From Alphaproteobacteria bacterium (GTDB taxonomy: Bacteria; Pseudomonadota; Alphaproteobacteria; JACZXZ01): a stretch of 64,000 bases of DNA. Made by a program: the position numbers and the translations under genes. Position 1 is the first letter of the stretch; the number at the start of each line of letters is the position of its first letter. Shown piece by piece: positions 61,757 through 64,000 of this stretch. The stretch is taken from NCBI GenBank assembly GCA_035625915.1, contig DASPOR010000039.1, forward strand, positions 24,983 through 88,982, read 5' to 3'. The notes below the pieces were generated by a model that worked only from the letters and a program-made list of their open reading frames with translations, did no database searches and was not told the origin of the DNA.

Positions 61757-62197
61757 TCAGAAATCCGGTTCGTATCGGGGACGGCGCCGGGACTTTGCGG
61801 CCGGGGCACTTTCGCGCGACGGCTTTCGAGCCTGCGTCGCCTCGCGTTTCTGCGCTTTCTTGGCGTTGGTGCGCAAACCCGTCTCATAGGCTTTCCGCGC
61901 CCACCGGCAGAGCACTTTGCCGTCTTTGAGCAATTCCTTGGGCGTCTCCCAATAAGGCAGCGCCACCTCCTGCCCACGATGCCCTTCGTAGGTAATCGGG
62001 CCGCAGCCGCGCCTTTCGAAAGCGCCCTTCGTCTTTTCGTCGGCCTTCAAGAAAAGCGTGCGATCGAAAATGAGCGCGAAAATCGTGCCGTCGAGATAGA
62101 GCCCGTGGCCGCCGAAGAGGCGTCGAGCCTCGACCGGGCCAAGGGGCGTGAGCAGCTTTAGGATACGCGCAACGAGCGGAGGATTGGGCGAGGCCAT
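61757..62197 (-). CDS. TfoX N-terminal domain protein with basic C-terminal tail
   Basis: VEARRLFGGHGLYLDGTIFALIFDRTLFLKAD matches the TfoX_N domain. C-terminal Lys/Arg-rich tail. Confidence 0.6.
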   Translation of the reverse strand: MASPNPPLVARILKLLTPLGPVEARRLFGGHGLYLDGTIFALIFDRTLFLKADEKTKGAFERRGCGPITYEGHRGQEVALPYWETPKELLKDGKVLCRWARKAYETGLRTNAKKAQKREATQARKPSRESAPAAKSRRRPRYEPDF

Positions 62198-62203
62198 GAC
62201 CCT

Positions 62204-63820
62204 CTACCGGGTAAGCCCCTGAAAGAAATCGTTGCCCTTGTCGTCGGTGACGATGAAAGCGGGAAAATCCTCAACCTCGATCCGGTAGATCGCTTCCATG
62301 CCAAGCTCAGGATAGTCGATGACCTCGACCTTGCGGATGCAATCCTGGGCGAGGCGCGCAGCCGGACCGCCGATCGATCCCAGGTAGAAACCGCCGTTGG
62401 CCTTGCAGGCTTCGATGAAGGCTTTCGAGCGATTGCCCTTGCCGACGGTGACGAATCCCCCGCCGTTCCTCATCAGGATATCGGCGTATGAATCCATGCG
62501 TGCCGATGTGGTGGGTCCGAAGGAACCCGATGCGAAACCCTGGGGCGTCTTGGCGGGGCCGGCGTAATAGATCGGGTAGTTCTTTATCGCATCCGGCAGC
62601 CCTTCGCCGCGTGCGATGCGGTCCTTGAGGCGTCCGTGGGCGATGTCGCGCGCGACCGCCATCGGGCCCGTCAGGGACAGGCGCGTGCGCACCGGATATT
62701 GGCTGAGGGTCTTTCTGATGTCGCTCATCGGCTTGGCCAGATCGATGCGCACCACTTCGCCGCCGATTTCCCGCTCAGTCGGTTCCGGCAGGTACTGCGC
62801 CGGATTGGTCTCGAGGGCCTCGAGGAAAACCCCGTCGGCGGTGATCTTGCCGAGGGCCTGGCGATCCGCGGAACACGAAACGCCGATGCCGATCGGCAGG
62901 CTCGCGCCATGGCGCGGCAATCGGACGACGCGGACGTCGTGGACGAAATATTTCCCGCCGAACTGCGCGCCGATCCCGAAGCCGCGCGTCAATTCGCGGA
63001 TTTGCGCCTCGAGTCCGAGGTCGCGAAACGCCCGGCCGTAGGCGTTTCCCTCGTGGGGCAGGCTATCGAGATAGCGCGTGCTCGCGAGCTTGACGGCCTT
63101 CAGGTTCTGCTCCGCCGACGTGCCGCCGATGACGACCGCCAAGTGATAGGGCGGGCACGCCGCCGTGCCGAGCGAGCGCAGCTTGCCGTCGAGCGATTTG
63201 AGGAGTGCCTCCGGCCGCAGGATGGCCGGCGTCTCCTGGAAGAGGAACGTCTTGTTCGCCGATCCGCCACCCTTCGCGATGAAGAGAAAGCGGTATTCGT
63301 CGCCCTCGGTCGCATAGAGGTCGATCTGTGCCGGCAGGTTCGTCTTGGTATTGACCTCCTCGAACATCGATATTGCCGCCATCTGGCTGTAGCGCAGATT
63401 CGCCTCGCTCCAGACCTTATGGATACCGCGGCTGATCGCCTCGGCGTCATCGAAGCCGGTGAAGATGCGCTGGCCCTTCTCTCCCATGACGATGGGTGTG
63501 CCGGTGTCCTGGCACATGGGAAGGACGCGCCCCGCCGCGATCACGGCGTTCTTCAGGAGATCGAGGGCGACGAAGCGATCGTTATCCGATGCTTCGGGGT
63601 CGTCGATGATGGCGCGAAGTTGCTTCAAGTGTCCAGGGCGGAGCAGATGGGAGATGTCATTGAAGGCATTGGCGGTAAGGCGCGTGATCGCCTCGGCCAC
63701 CACTTTGACCATGCGACCGCCCGCGAAGCTCGCCGTCTCGACGAAATCCCCGGTGAGCTTGCGATAAGTAGCAGTGTCCTCCCCGTGGGGGAAGAGTTCC
63801 TGGTGGATGAACTCGCTCAT
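62204..63820 (-). CDS. fumA: Fumarate hydratase class I (single-chain Fe-S type)
   Basis: Fumerase (N) and Fumerase_C (C) domains; C-terminal region [37 protein letters not shown] is typical. Start at [11 protein letters not shown]. Confidence 0.88.
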   Translation of the reverse strand: MSEFIHQELFPHGEDTATYRKLTGDFVETASFAGGRMVKVVAEAITRLTANAFNDISHLLRPGHLKQLRAIIDDPEASDNDRFVALDLLKNAVIAAGRVLPMCQDTGTPIVMGEKGQRIFTGFDDAEAISRGIHKVWSEANLRYSQMAAISMFEEVNTKTNLPAQIDLYATEGDEYRFLFIAKGGGSANKTFLFQETPAILRPEALLKSLDGKLRSLGTAACPPYHLAVVIGGTSAEQNLKAVKLASTRYLDSLPHEGNAYGRAFRDLGLEAQIRELTRGFGIGAQFGGKYFVHDVRVVRLPRHGASLPIGIGVSCSADRQALGKITADGVFLEALETNPAQYLPEPTEREIGGEVVRIDLAKPMSDIRKTLSQYPVRTRLSLTGPMAVARDIAHGRLKDRIARGEGLPDAIKNYPIYYAGPAKTPQGFASGSFGPTTSARMDSYADILMRNGGGFVTVGKGNRSKAFIEACKANGGFYLGSIGGPAARLAQDCIRKVEVIDYPELGMEAIYRIEVEDFPAFIVTDDKGNDFFQGLTR

Positions 63821-64000
63821 GATTTTAATTCCGTTTCTGGGCTGAAGGCGTCGCTCCGTTCCTATCGTCTCATCCGCATCCATGGCCGTGGCGATCGACC
63901 GACGCGCCGACCACGCGAGATGCGTTGAAACGGAACGAGGCTCGGAATATGAGGGTCGGACGACAGGGCGGCAACATCACTTCTTGCGGAACGCGTCGAG

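Overview
This window is a high-GC (about 65-67%) alphaproteobacterial core-chromosome segment. I found no mobile elements, CRISPR arrays, integrases or defence genes, and nothing I can defend as a previously undescribed system.

Content, 5' to 3':
- A partial MHS-family MFS transporter.
- ettA (ABC-F translation factor).
- A convergent mlaA-mlaC pair.
- An apparent sahR-metF-metH operon with TGATG/ATGA start-stop overlaps.
- A convergent ndvB-like GH17+GT2 cyclic beta-glucan synthase.
- A full dppABCDF operon; the DppA is highly E. coli-like.
- A hotdog thioesterase followed by a TPR/2OG-Fe(II)-oxygenase gene of unknown function.
- uvrD-prmA, a Pro-rich lipoprotein, a DUF1127 small protein, pepP, then convergent ligA, recN, bamD.
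- A complete, collinear dcw cluster on the minus strand: mraZ-rsmH-ftsL-ftsI-murE-murF-mraY-murD-ftsW-murG-murC-murB-ddl-ftsQ-ftsA-ftsZ-lpxC. Almost every junction is a 4-nt ATGA overlap, which also fixes the true start codons.
- RNase P RNA (rnpB), clearly recognisable immediately upstream of and co-oriented with mraZ.
- An AmpD-like amidase, an FAD-linked D-lactate-dehydrogenase-like oxidase, and a 1126-aa AsmA-family protein.
- A fumA(class I)-tfoX_N-fumC-RHH cluster.

Many six-frame ORFs are artefacts. They are either long antisense ORFs or N-terminal extensions that arise because stop codons are rare at this GC content; real starts were inferred from homology, SD sequences and codon usage.

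The most interesting observations are small-scale:
- lpxC has no canonical start codon at its conserved N-terminus; the best candidate is an AUU codon with a strong SD.
- A GTTACGGATT...GTTACC motif occurs twice, upstream of ftsZ and in the ftsZ-lpxC spacer.
- Three and a half TGGGA repeats with 10-bp phasing (MraZ boxes) lie upstream of mraZ.
- A long inverted-repeat element lies between ettA and mlaC.
- Two gene pairs of unknown function: thioesterase + TPR/2OG-oxygenase, and a TfoX_N gene inserted between two fumarases.
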